NCBI GenBank assembly: GCA_934402395.1
Contig: CAKRTQ010000004.1
Coordinates: forward strand, 65,946 to 129,945
Direction of reading: 5' to 3'
Length of the DNA: 64,000 nucleotides
Origin: an uncultured Eubacteriales bacterium
GTDB lineage: Bacteria; Bacillota; Clostridia; Oscillospirales; CAG-272
In this document: positions 1 through 8,751 of the stretch, one piece after another
Layout of the letters: every line of letters starts with the position of its first letter
Position numbering within the stretch: position 1 is the first letter of the stretch
The notes under the pieces: generated by a model
Database searches by the model: none
Told to the model about the DNA's origin: nothing
Seen by the model: only the letters and a program-made list of their open reading frames with translations
Position numbers and translations under genes: made by a program

Positions 1-1
1 T

Positions 2-805
2 GAATGGCTAAAAAGGGCACGAACACTATACTCAAAGTATGGCGGCAAAATATTCGCCATCGGTCGAATAGACAGTCCTCCGGAATATGATAATTCCGAT
101 GATTATCCCCATCACTGGTCCGGACGCATATATGCAAAGGTGTGTGATATTTGCTTATTGAATGTTCCGATAGATATCTCTGAATTCAACTCTTTTATAC
201 TTGTTTCGCGTCAAAGTGCCATTACTCAATTACCGTCAAAAGAGTATGAAAAGTTAAAAAATATTATTGTTTCAAAAAATAGATATGTTCCGGACTATTT
301 TCTAAATGATAAAATTGGAGATGATGCTCTTTTCAAAACAAATATTGATAACTTTTTGACTATTAACAGAGCGCGTCGAAAAAGATTTTTGCTGGAGGCA
401 GATTTCCGATCGTATTATGTTGATTATTTTCTCAAGGTGTTATCCGGGAAAAAGTGCTATCAGGAGTGCCAGTGCTTTTCTCCGTCAACTCCGTTTGCGC
501 GTGTTGATAATATCATAGAATTCTGCGGCAAAAAGATTTTGTTTGAGGTGAAGTTAAACATAGAATTAGAAAGAGACCTAATTTCTCAACTAAATCAGTA
601 TGTTTATGCTGATTATGTTATCTTGGCAGATGGTCGAAATCAAAAAGAATATGACTTTGAAAAGAACTATATGTTTGTTATAGATATGTATTCTGTATAT
701 AAGTATATAACGGCGGAAAGGAGAATTATCAAAATATTTGATTTGGACGATTTAAAAGATGCCGTTGATATTTGTAAACAAATGAAGAAGGCGGTCTGCG
801 ACTGA
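2..805 (+). CDS. hypothetical protein (5' end lies outside window) with C-terminal PD-(D/E)xK nuclease-like motif
   Basis: The frame of the listed 140..805 ORF stays open back to nt 2 (EWLKRARTLYSKYGGKIF...), so the true start is upstream of the window. The ordered motifs EADFRSYYV ... FARVDNIIEF ... ILFEVKL fit the E / D / ExK nuclease core. The segment is markedly AT-rich compared with the rest of the window. Confidence 0.55.
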   Translation, partial: EWLKRARTLYSKYGGKIFAIGRIDSPPEYDNSDDYPHHWSGRIYAKVCDICLLNVPIDISEFNSFILVSRQSAITQLPSKEYEKLKNIIVSKNRYVPDYFLNDKIGDDALFKTNIDNFLTINRARRKRFLLEADFRSYYVDYFLKVLSGKKCYQECQCFSPSTPFARVDNIIEFCGKKILFEVKLNIELERDLISQLNQYVYADYVILADGRNQKEYDFEKNYMFVIDMYSVYKYITAERRIIKIFDLDDLKDAVDICKQMKKAVCD

Positions 806-912
806 GCAGAATAAAAAAATATGTTCGACCGCATAAGATGCTGAACAAGCATACCGTGAAATTAAGCACTAATCAAAAGATTATTAAACTTATGCAAAAG
901 GGAGATTAAACA

Positions 913-2085
913 ATGAGCGAACTTGACAAAAATATCTATTACGGCAAGGGATATGCCGGACTTTACGATGATTATATGGACTTCATCAACTATGTATTCG
1001 GCTTCAACGGAAACTCAAGCGATTTCAAAAAGCTGTTGCCAAAGCTTTACCGTCCCGAGGATGATCCCGCCGCAAACTCCTATGTCGCGGTCGAGGAAGG
1101 AAGGATCAAAGCGGCGGTCGGTGCGTTTGACCTTGATATCTCGGTCGACGGAGAGATACTCCGCACGCGCGGCATCGGCAATGTAGCCGTTCACCCTTAT
1201 GCACGTTCGCGCGGTTATATGCGCCGCCTCATGAACGATGCGGTGGATGATATGATCCGCGACGGGATTGATTTTTCCACTCTCGGTGGGAGACGCCAGA
1301 GGTACAATTATTTTTCGTACGATAAGGTGGGGCAGAGCATTTCTCTCAGCTTCAATTCGGATAATATGCGCCACACATTCGGTTCGCCGCGTACACATTC
1401 CATGGCGATCCGCCGTATAGCCGCCAATGACGGCGCGGCGCTTGACCATATAGCGGCGCTGCATGAAACGCTGCCCGTACACGGAGTGAGAAACCGCGAA
1501 CGGCTTTACGATATACTTACCTCGTGGAGTTCATCCGTATGGTATGGCGTTGAGGACGATGTATGCGTCGGTTATGCCGTTGTCAAGGATGATACCGTAA
1601 ACGAGATCGCCGTTGCCGACGAGAGCAGAATCGCGGAGTTCACCGTGGCGCTCTTTGACGCTGTCGGGCGCGGCAAGCTGACCGTCAACCTTCCTACATT
1701 CATGCCCGGATATGTGGAGCGTCTCTGCCGCATCTGCGAGTGGTACAGCATATCTCCCGAAAAGTCCTTCTCGGTGCTGAACTACGAGCGCACCGTGCGC
1801 GCATTCCTGCGTCTTAAGGCAAAATGCGCATCCGTCCCGATGCCCGACGGCGAGCTTACCATGCTCATACACGGAAGGGGAGGGGACGAGAACATTACCG
1901 TTTCGGTAAAGAACGGTGTCCCGGATGTCCGCAGGACAGACAAAAAAGCCGATCTTGAGTATGATCACCTCACGGCAATGAACGTTCTGTTTGCACCGCT
2001 TTGCCCCGAGCGCGACCGCCTTCCCGTGTTCGCGCGCATCTGGTTCCCGCTGCCCATATTCATTTATTACGCCGACGCGGTGTAA
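913..2085 (+). CDS. GNAT family N-acetyltransferase (Eis-like two-part architecture)
   Basis: GGGAG lies 8 nt upstream of the ATG. GNAT motif A is present (GIGNVAVHPYARSRGYMRRLM). The 390-aa length includes an extra C-terminal half, as in Eis/SCP2-fused GNATs. The family was assigned from memory, not by a search. Confidence 0.7.
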   Translation: MSELDKNIYYGKGYAGLYDDYMDFINYVFGFNGNSSDFKKLLPKLYRPEDDPAANSYVAVEEGRIKAAVGAFDLDISVDGEILRTRGIGNVAVHPYARSRGYMRRLMNDAVDDMIRDGIDFSTLGGRRQRYNYFSYDKVGQSISLSFNSDNMRHTFGSPRTHSMAIRRIAANDGAALDHIAALHETLPVHGVRNRERLYDILTSWSSSVWYGVEDDVCVGYAVVKDDTVNEIAVADESRIAEFTVALFDAVGRGKLTVNLPTFMPGYVERLCRICEWYSISPEKSFSVLNYERTVRAFLRLKAKCASVPMPDGELTMLIHGRGGDENITVSVKNGVPDVRRTDKKADLEYDHLTAMNVLFAPLCPERDRLPVFARIWFPLPIFIYYADAV

Positions 2086-2093
2086 TAAAATAA

Positions 2094-2139
2094 AAAGAGG
2101 CTGTAAAAAAACTCATTTGAGTTTTTTTACAGCCTCTTT
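2094..2139. terminator. bidirectional hairpin terminator between convergent GNAT and MazG-like genes
   Basis: Perfect inverted repeat aaagaggctgtaaaaaaactca / tgagtttttttacagcctcttt (22-nt arms, 2-nt centre), with A/T runs inside and flanking it. Confidence 0.7.
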
Positions 2140-2275
2140 GACATTGTTTCCGACCACCGAACGTCGCTGCTTTTCGACAAAAAAGCTGAAAAACAACGGT
2201 GTTGAGGGCTGGGAAATCAAGGTCGCATCAAAATGCCGGGATCCCGGCCTGCCGCTTCTTCAAGCCCGACCGGGT

Positions 2276-2602
2276 TTACCAGCGTTTCATGTTTTTGTTG
2301 AATTTCGCGGTGTATGCGTTCTTCAGTTCCTCGGATGTGATCCCGTAGCACAGCATTATGTCATTGTAATACATAAGAACATCTGCCATTTCCTCAACCA
2401 GGTCTTTTCTGAGTTCTTCGTTTGCCGCAACGTTTGCTCCACCGTGCTTTTTTACAATGTCTATCACTTCACCTATTTCGCCGACCATCCAGAGCAGTTT
2501 ATTCTGACCCGTCGCCGGACAAACAGGTTCCCACTTTTGCTTGTACCTGTCCTGAAGTATCCTTTGCATTTCCTGCATTTCGTTGATGCCGAAGTCGGTC
2601 AT
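2276..2602 (-). CDS. MazG-like nucleotide pyrophosphohydrolase (small all-alpha NTP-PPase)
   Basis: Acidic helices GEIGEVIDIV and EEMADVLMY match MazG-type metal-binding EExxE/D motifs. I prefer the ATG at 2602 (MTDFG...) because GGAGG lies 8 nt upstream. The ORF-track start at 2623 has no good SD. Confidence 0.65.
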   Translation of the reverse strand: MTDFGINEMQEMQRILQDRYKQKWEPVCPATGQNKLLWMVGEIGEVIDIVKKHGGANVAANEELRKDLVEEMADVLMYYNDIMLCYGITSEELKNAYTAKFNKNMKRW

Positions 2603-2695
2603 TTTCTTTTCCTCCGTGAGCATGATTTGCTTTCACGCATATTATATCATAAATCGCATTTGGAATCAACTTCGCGGTCACAGCAACGGAAATAT

Positions 2696-2727
2696 AAAAA
2701 AGCACTTGCGTACGCAAGTGCTTTTTT
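2696..2727. terminator. hairpin terminator downstream of the tRNA operon
   Basis: agcacttgcg-ta-cgcaagtgct forms a 10-bp stem, flanked by an A-run (2696-2700) and a T-run (2722-2727), so it presents a U-tract in either orientation. Confidence 0.7.
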
Positions 2728-2729
2728 AA

Positions 2730-2807
2730 TGGGGTGAGTGATGGGATTTGAACCCACTGCCTTCAGGGCCACAACCTGACGCTCTAGCCAATTGAGCTAC
2801 ACCCACC
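2730..2807 (-). tRNA. tRNA-His (anticodon GTG)
   Basis: The reverse complement folds as a cloverleaf: acceptor GTGGGTG/CACTCAC, extra G(-1) opposite C73, anticodon arm TCAGG-TTGTGGC-CCTGA, T-loop GGTTCAAATCC, and an encoded CCA. Confidence 0.9.
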
Positions 2808-2810
2808 ATA

Positions 2811-2887
2811 TGGCGCGTCTTAAGGGACTCGAACCCCCGACCTACTGCTTAGAAGGCAGTTGCTCTATCCAGCTGAGCTAAAGACGC
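2811..2887 (-). tRNA. tRNA-Arg (anticodon TCT)
   Basis: The reverse complement is GCGTCTTTAGCTCAGCTGGATAGAGC..ACTGC-CTTCTAA-GCAGT..GGTTCGAGTCC..AAGACGCGCCA. The anticodon loop gives TCT, and CCA is encoded. Confidence 0.9.
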
Positions 2888-2924
2888 ATGACCCGCTGTA
2901 ACGGGGGATTTTCCTTTCGGAAAG

Positions 2925-2998
<74 letters not shown>

Positions 2999-3024
2999 AC
3001 AAGTGTTTTCAAAACTGCCTTAAT

Positions 3025-3053
3025 ATAATACCACACAGTGCGGAATTTGTCAA
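3025..3053 (-). promoter_or_regulatory. sigma-A type promoter of the tRNA Gly-Arg-His operon
   Basis: On the minus strand: TTGACA - 17 nt - TATTAT with an upstream TGg (extended -10), ending about 27 nt upstream of the tRNA-Gly 5' end. Confidence 0.65.
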
Positions 3054-3102
3054 CCCCTAAATCGAAAAAAACAAATTTTTTTTGATGTTTTTTTCTTGAT
3101 AC

Positions 3103-3131
3103 TTGATATGCGGCGTGAATTGTGCTAAAAT
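3103..3131 (+). promoter_or_regulatory. sigma-A type promoter for yqeG-like gene (divergent from tRNA promoter)
   Basis: TTGATA - 17 nt - TAAAAT with TGc immediately upstream of the -10. This places the transcription start near 3138, downstream of the ORF-track start at 3122. Confidence 0.55.
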
Positions 3132-3166
3132 ATATGCGGCAAAATTTATTCTTCGCGGTGGATGAT

Positions 3167-3733
3167 ATGAAAAAAAGCACACCTTCCGGCGATGCGTGCC
3201 GAAAAAAAACGCGCAGGACGCTCGTCCCGGATTATATGTTTGAAAAATTTGACGATATCGGAGTGGATTTTCTCCGAAGCGAGGGCGTTTCGTCGCTTAT
3301 AATAGACATCGACAACACACTGGCTCCGTATGAGGTCGCTGAGCCGGATGAACGCACGTTCCGTTGGTTCGAGGCGCTGGCGGAAGCGGGGATAGGCGCG
3401 GCGCTTGTTTCAAACAACGACCGCACGCGTGTTGAACGTTATAACAGCCGTCTTTCGCTCCCGGCGTATTACGACTGTCACAAGCCGTCCCGCAAGTATC
3501 TGCGCAAAGCAATGGAGGACATAGGCGCCGAGTCCGGGTCAACGCTTTTCCTCGGCGATCAGATATTCACCGATGTTGTCGCGGCGAGGCGTATGGGATT
3601 ACGCGCTGCCGTTGTTCCGCCGATAAAAGACAAAAAAACGGTTTTTTTCAGGTTCAAAAGATTGATGGAACGTCCGATAATGCGCCGCTATCACAGACGT
3701 GCGGCGGGAAGGAAGGCTGCAAAACATGAATAA
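3167..3733 (+). CDS. yqeG: YqeG-family HAD-IIIA phosphatase
   Basis: HAD motif I is DIDNTLAPY, and the late motif is LGDQIFTDVVAARRMG. The ATG at 3167 (MKKST...) was chosen because the promoter -10 overlaps the 3122 start. Confidence 0.75.
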   Translation: MKKSTPSGDACRKKTRRTLVPDYMFEKFDDIGVDFLRSEGVSSLIIDIDNTLAPYEVAEPDERTFRWFEALAEAGIGAALVSNNDRTRVERYNSRLSLPAYYDCHKPSRKYLRKAMEDIGAESGSTLFLGDQIFTDVVAARRMGLRAAVVPPIKDKKTVFFRFKRLMERPIMRRYHRRAAGRKAAKHE

Positions 3734-4613
3734 CGATCAGAACAACGCCGTCGCACCGAAGTTCGGACCGGGCGGCAACAGCGAATCTTTTTATGCCGAG
3801 GGCAAAAAGTCAACGGTCGAGGCACCGGCATGGGTCGCCGCACGCGGGCTTGACGCATATGAATTTCAGGGCGGTAACGGCATACGCGGGACCGATGCAA
3901 CGTTTGCCAAAATAGGCGATGAGGCGCGGCGCGCGGGCATTCTCATGTCGCTGCACACGCCGTATTACATTTCGCTTTCCGGAGTAGAGCCGGAAAAGCG
4001 GCTCAAAAGTGTTGATTACATCATGCAGTCGCTCCATGCTGCCGAACTGCTGGGGGCGGACACGATAGTCATCCACTCGGGCAGCGCGTCAAAGATCACG
4101 CGCACCGAGGCAATGGATCTTGCACGCGATACGCTCGCGCACGTCATGGAGGCCGTCGGCGACACGAACATCAGGCTCGGGCTTGAAACGATGGGCAAAA
4201 AAAATCAGCTCGGCACTCTTGACGAGGTGATAGAGCTTTGCCGCGTTGACCCGCATTTTTATCCCGTGGTGGATTTCGGACATCTCAACGCCCGCGACTG
4301 CGGCGGCGTGTTCCCGGATAAGGAAGCCTACCTTCGTGTATTCTACCGCATAGGCGAGACGCTGGGCGACAAATACGCGCGCACGCTTCACTGCCATTTC
4401 TCGCGCATCGAATACACTGCGGCGGGGGAAAAAAAGCACCTGACATTCGCCGACACCGTCTACGGTCCGGATTTTTATCCGCTTGCCGAGGCGATAGCGG
4501 CTGAGAAGCTTTCACCGCGGATAATTTGCGAATCGGCGGGAACTATGGCGGAGGATGCCGCAGCGATGAAGGCGATGTTCGGTGACGCCGAAAAAAAGAT
4601 GAGCAATAATTAA
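3726..4613 (+). CDS. endonuclease IV-like (xylose isomerase-like TIM barrel) protein
   Basis: The spaced metal-ligand pattern is typical of the Nfo/AP endonuclease 2 fold: LHTPYYISL, IVIHSG, LGLETMG, VVDFGHLNA, LHCHFS, ICESAG. The ATG at 3726 follows GGAAGGAAGG. Confidence 0.65.
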   Translation: MNNDQNNAVAPKFGPGGNSESFYAEGKKSTVEAPAWVAARGLDAYEFQGGNGIRGTDATFAKIGDEARRAGILMSLHTPYYISLSGVEPEKRLKSVDYIMQSLHAAELLGADTIVIHSGSASKITRTEAMDLARDTLAHVMEAVGDTNIRLGLETMGKKNQLGTLDEVIELCRVDPHFYPVVDFGHLNARDCGGVFPDKEAYLRVFYRIGETLGDKYARTLHCHFSRIEYTAAGEKKHLTFADTVYGPDFYPLAEAIAAEKLSPRIICESAGTMAEDAAAMKAMFGDAEKKMSNN

Positions 4614-4643
4614 AATTCACATAAAAGAAAGGCAAGTCAGAAA

Positions 4644-5717
4644 ATGACACATCTCGAAAGACTAAGACAAGAAATGAAAAAGAACGGCTTTGACGCCGTA
4701 GTGGTATCATCCGAAATAAACCAGCGGTATCTCGGCGGTTTCAATTACACCGACGGACTTATCGTTGTCACAGAGAGCCGCGCGGCACTCCTCACCGACT
4801 TCCGCTATATCGAAGCGGCAAATGCCTCGCCTGCGGCGAAGGAATTTGAGATCCTTATGCCCGACAAGCGCATGAGCGCGGCGGCATACGATGTAATGGC
4901 GGGCGCAAAGCGTGTCGCGGTCGAGGAAGCAACGCTCTCACTCTCCGGCTATGAGAACTTCCGCAACGTTTTTGCGGGTATGGAGGTCGTCGGCGGTGCA
5001 TCTGCGATGATCGACGGTCTGCGCGAGTTCAAGGATGAGGGCGAGATCGAAAAAATGAAGGCGGCGCAGGCGATAACAGACGCTGCGTTCGCACATATAG
5101 TCGATTTTATCCGTCCCGACATGACCGAGCGCCAGGTGGCTCTTGAGCTTGAATTTTTCATGCGTTCAAAGGGAGCCGAATGCGTGGCGTTTGATACCAT
5201 CGCCGTTTCGGGCAGCGCGTCGTCCATGCCTCACGGCGTGCCGCGCGACGTAAAGCTTGAAAAGGGATTCCTTACGATGGATTTCGGCGCACGCTTTGAC
5301 GGCTACTGCTCGGATATGACGCGTACTGTCGTCATCGGCAAAGCCGACGACGATATTCGCCGTCTTTACAACACGGTGCTTGAGGCTCAGACCACAGCAC
5401 TTGCTGCGGCTGCTCCCGGCGAGAGCTGCGCCAGGATGGACAAGATTGCCCGTGACATCATTGACGGTGCGGGATACGTCGGCACATTCGGTCATTCTCT
5501 CGGTCACGGTGTAGGAATGTACATTCACGAGGAGCCGCGTCTCTCCGCCCGTGTGCCTGCCAAAAAGGTGCTCACCCCGGGGCAGGTCGTGACGTTCGAA
5601 CCCGGCATTTATCTTTCGGGCAAGTACGGCTGCCGCATTGAGGATATGGTGGCAATAACTGAGGACGGCATTATGGACTTCACCAAGTCGCCCAAGGATC
5701 TTATAGAGATCTGCTGA
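4644..5717 (+). CDS. M24 family Xaa-Pro aminopeptidase/dipeptidase
   Basis: There is an N-terminal creatinase-like region followed by the M24 metal-ligand blocks DFGARFDGYCSDMTRT, GHSLGHGVGMYIHEEP, FEPGIY and RIEDMV. Confidence 0.85.
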   Translation: MTHLERLRQEMKKNGFDAVVVSSEINQRYLGGFNYTDGLIVVTESRAALLTDFRYIEAANASPAAKEFEILMPDKRMSAAAYDVMAGAKRVAVEEATLSLSGYENFRNVFAGMEVVGGASAMIDGLREFKDEGEIEKMKAAQAITDAAFAHIVDFIRPDMTERQVALELEFFMRSKGAECVAFDTIAVSGSASSMPHGVPRDVKLEKGFLTMDFGARFDGYCSDMTRTVVIGKADDDIRRLYNTVLEAQTTALAAAAPGESCARMDKIARDIIDGAGYVGTFGHSLGHGVGMYIHEEPRLSARVPAKKVLTPGQVVTFEPGIYLSGKYGCRIEDMVAITEDGIMDFTKSPKDLIEIC

Positions 5718-5770
5718 ATAATAACCATGTGGCTGCCGCGCCAATGCGCGGCAGCCACATGGTTATTATT
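5717..5770. terminator. bidirectional hairpin terminator between convergent genes
   Basis: Perfect 25-bp inverted repeat aataataaccatgtggctgccgcgc / gcgcggcagccacatggttattatt with loop caat. It overlaps both stop codons (TGA 5715-5717; TAA complement 5766-5768). Confidence 0.75.
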
Positions 5771-7259
5771 TCATTATGCAGTTGTCAAAAGCATCTGTGA
5801 CAGCCTTCAATCCGTCGGCACTTATCAGTCTGTCATTGTCCCCCATGAAAGAGACCATAAAGTACTTTTCGCTGTACCGCGACAGGGTAAGCGTTCCGGA
5901 CTTTGCCGCCCCTTTGTTGAATTCAAACACCGCACTGAACACAGTTTCGCTTACGACTTCGGGGTCGCGCTCAAGATCTGATGCAAACGCAGTCGTTCTT
6001 GCCGCCTCGAGCGCACGCAGGAACGTCTCAAGCGTTGTGGTGTCCGGTTCGGCATCGCCCGATGCACTGTACGACACGCTGCCGTCTTCGCCGTGTGCGA
6101 CCTTTACCGTAAGTGTTTTGCCGTTGGCACTGAATGTCATGCTGTCAATGCGGGAATAGTCGGCAAGGATGAGCTCGTCGGCGCGCAGGGTACGCGTGTT
6201 GTCGGCGGTTATGCTTGCAAACGCCGACTGATGCGAGAGCTTCGCCGTCAGCGTTGAACCATCGGGACGGGCGAAGACTGTGCCGTCCGCGTCCTTACCG
6301 ATATAAAGCACATATTCGGCGGGAGTGGTCACTTCCTTTTCTATATTAGTATTCTGATCTGTGACCTTGGTTGTTTTCTGATATCTGAGAACAAGACGTG
6401 CGCCGCGGTCGATGCCGTACTCGGCGTCGTGCGCGGTGTCATAGGCGACGCAGTTGCCGAGGTCGATGGCGGTCAGCGCTTCGGTGAGCGCCTTGCCGAT
6501 ATCTGATGCAAGCGCTGTCTCCGTGCCGCCGTTTTCGCTTACGTACCAGTTGTATTTGCCGGTGTAGTCGCTGTCTTTACCGTTCGGGTAGTATGTGAAC
6601 AGCAGTTTTCGGTCACCGCTCGTGTATTCGAGCGAGGTGAGGGCGGAGGCGTTCATCTGCGGGGCTTCGTCTGTCTTTATGAGGTCGTATATACCGAACC
6701 TGAAGGCTTCCGCCACCGATGCGGAGACCGTGTAAACAACGGTCTTGTCATCGGTGCAGAAATAATTTGAGCCGTTGAAGCTGTTGACGTTGCCGATGTA
6801 AAAGCGGTGCGTGCCGCCCGCGTCGGTGAATGCAAGAGAGATCTCGGGGGAATCGAGCCCGTATTTTGAAAGCTCGGCTTCGGTGACGCCTTCCAGCCGG
6901 TACGGAGAGGTGATGTCGCTTACGGCAGTTGCCATGTCCGCAAATTTTTCGTTGTCAAGCGGAACATTTTTGTTTTCCGACCACAGCCAGCCGGTCTCAT
7001 CCTCTTTGAGGGTGAAATCGAACTTCACCGTGCGCAGCACGCTGTCTTGGTCGAAGTCAGCCGGTTCGACGCGGCTTACGCTCACTGCTGTGAGCGTTTT
7101 GTGATCGACCGTGCCAACGCTGTATCCGCTGCCGGCACCGTCGTCGGTGGTGTCGACAGGGCTGTCCGCGCCGCCGATGGCGCGCCATGTGAAATACGCG
7201 CCGCCGAGCAGTGCAAGAACGAGTGTCATAATAATTAAGTTTCTGCTTTTTTTCTTCAT
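5766..7259 (-). CDS. DUF4340-like membrane-anchored protein (ABC/GldG operon accessory)
   Basis: It has an N-terminal signal-anchor (MKKKSRNLIIMTLVLALLGGAYF) and is the last gene of the ABC-2/GldG operon. The family was assigned from architecture and context only. An alternative start at 7310 would overlap the upstream gene by 32 nt. Confidence 0.55.
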   Translation of the reverse strand: MKKKSRNLIIMTLVLALLGGAYFTWRAIGGADSPVDTTDDGAGSGYSVGTVDHKTLTAVSVSRVEPADFDQDSVLRTVKFDFTLKEDETGWLWSENKNVPLDNEKFADMATAVSDITSPYRLEGVTEAELSKYGLDSPEISLAFTDAGGTHRFYIGNVNSFNGSNYFCTDDKTVVYTVSASVAEAFRFGIYDLIKTDEAPQMNASALTSLEYTSGDRKLLFTYYPNGKDSDYTGKYNWYVSENGGTETALASDIGKALTEALTAIDLGNCVAYDTAHDAEYGIDRGARLVLRYQKTTKVTDQNTNIEKEVTTPAEYVLYIGKDADGTVFARPDGSTLTAKLSHQSAFASITADNTRTLRADELILADYSRIDSMTFSANGKTLTVKVAHGEDGSVSYSASGDAEPDTTTLETFLRALEAARTTAFASDLERDPEVVSETVFSAVFEFNKGAAKSGTLTLSRYSEKYFMVSFMGDNDRLISADGLKAVTDAFDNCIMK

Positions 7260-7278
7260 CTTCGGATACCGGCGGATA

Positions 7279-8739
7279 TTATTTTTTGCGTCTTTGCGTC
7301 CAGCGGACAAGACCCGCGGCTGCGACCGCTATCGGAATGAGGAAAATGAACACAAAGCCCCATATGCCCGCTGCCGACTCGGAAACGGTGAGCGACGACG
7401 TGGAAATATCAACGGCTGATATTTCGGGAAGCGACGATCTGAAACTGTCACAGAGCCATGCGAGCATATTTATCACGCAGTAGAGGTTGGCTCCGTTCGT
7501 TGCGTTGATAAAATTGTCGGAGGCGAGCTGGGACGAGGCGAGCCAGACCATACGCGCGCCCGAGGCGGTGTTTTCGGATGCGGAAGCAACGCTGAGCACG
7601 GCAGGTTCTGTTTCGGTGCCGTCTGCTTTTTTGATATATCCCTTTGAGGTGGTTGTGAGCAGCTCGGTAACGGTAAATCCTTCAGGGAGCACCGATTTTG
7701 CTTTTATCGCGTGCGACTGACCGCTGAGCAGTCTGTATGAGCTCTGCGAGATCATTGATACCGCAGTATGCGTCTGCGAGACGTTCGGATAGATATAGTA
7801 TGGAGTCTTGGGATAGTAATTTGCCGAATTGCCCTCATTTACGGTGCCAAACTCGCCTTCAAGTCCATATTCGGCTGCGAGCGCGGCAAAATTATCGGGA
7901 ATATCCGATGTGGATGCGCTGATATAGAAGATGTGTCCGCCGTTTTTTACATATGCGGTGAGCTTGTCAAGCTCGGACGCGGTAAGATCGAGCGTCGGGG
8001 CATAAATGAATATGCACGAGCAATCATCCGGAATATCCGCATCGTCAAGCGCAATGTTGAGCGACGTAGCCTCAAAGCCCGAGCTGCCGAAATAATACGA
8101 AAGCGTCTCCGAAAGCTCCGCTTCGCCGTGACCGGTGAGCGTGTAAAGCGTAGGCAGCTTTTCGGCAGTCACATATTCAACAGCGGAGGTGAGCTGACTG
8201 TCGCCGTCGAAATACGGCTCTGCAGATATGCCGTAGGCGGCGTACATCTGATATTCGGACGCGCTGATCTTTCCGTACTGGCTGTTGTAGTAATAGTACA
8301 TATCGCCGTAGTCAACGACCTTTGAGCGGCGTGCGCTCTCAACTATTACACTGTACTCGGAAGGCTGCGAATCGGTGTATTTTGAAATGAAATCGGGATC
8401 GGCAATAGGGTCCGCAACGCGCAGCGTCAGGTGCGGAGAAAGCTCGGAATAACGTGAAAGAAATGCCGAAAGCTGAGTATCCTCCTGCCCACCCGGGCAG
8501 ATGAACCAGAGCGTTATGTCCTCGGAAAGCCCGGAAATGTATTTTTCGGTGGTTTCGGAGAGCGTGTACATTTTGGACGGACTTGAGTCAAGCTTGGTGA
8601 ATTTTGATGGAAGAGCGTTTACGATGAGGTTTATCACAATAAGCGCGGCAAGCAGAATGACCGCCATTATCACGGTGTAGCTTCCCGCTTTTATATTCTT
8701 GCGGCGTATGCTTTTTTGTGTGTTTTTCTGTTCGTTCAT
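7279..8739 (-). CDS. GldG-like ABC-transport auxiliary protein
   Basis: It has an N-terminal TM (GSYTVIMAVILLAALIVINLIV) and a C-terminal TM (IWGFVFIFLIPIAVAAAGLV) around a large extracytoplasmic domain. It lies directly downstream of an ABC-2 permease, as in GldA/F/G-type systems. Confidence 0.6.
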   Translation of the reverse strand: MNEQKNTQKSIRRKNIKAGSYTVIMAVILLAALIVINLIVNALPSKFTKLDSSPSKMYTLSETTEKYISGLSEDITLWFICPGGQEDTQLSAFLSRYSELSPHLTLRVADPIADPDFISKYTDSQPSEYSVIVESARRSKVVDYGDMYYYYNSQYGKISASEYQMYAAYGISAEPYFDGDSQLTSAVEYVTAEKLPTLYTLTGHGEAELSETLSYYFGSSGFEATSLNIALDDADIPDDCSCIFIYAPTLDLTASELDKLTAYVKNGGHIFYISASTSDIPDNFAALAAEYGLEGEFGTVNEGNSANYYPKTPYYIYPNVSQTHTAVSMISQSSYRLLSGQSHAIKAKSVLPEGFTVTELLTTTSKGYIKKADGTETEPAVLSVASASENTASGARMVWLASSQLASDNFINATNGANLYCVINMLAWLCDSFRSSLPEISAVDISTSSLTVSESAAGIWGFVFIFLIPIAVAAAGLVRWTQRRKK

Positions 8740-8751
8740 TTTAGCGCCTCC

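Noticed and set aside
1991-2737. 248-aa plus-strand ORF
   Set aside because: It starts inside the GNAT gene in another frame, runs through the 22-bp-stem terminator, and lies antisense to the MazG-like gene, so it is not credible.
3122-3166. Longer ORF-track starts for several genes (for example 3122, 12904, 14150, 16817, 22347, 26748, 33136, 33986, 47946, 49667, 52618, 59320)
   Set aside because: In each case an internal start has a proper SD and matches the conserved family N-terminus. The extension overlaps a promoter, a terminator or the upstream gene.
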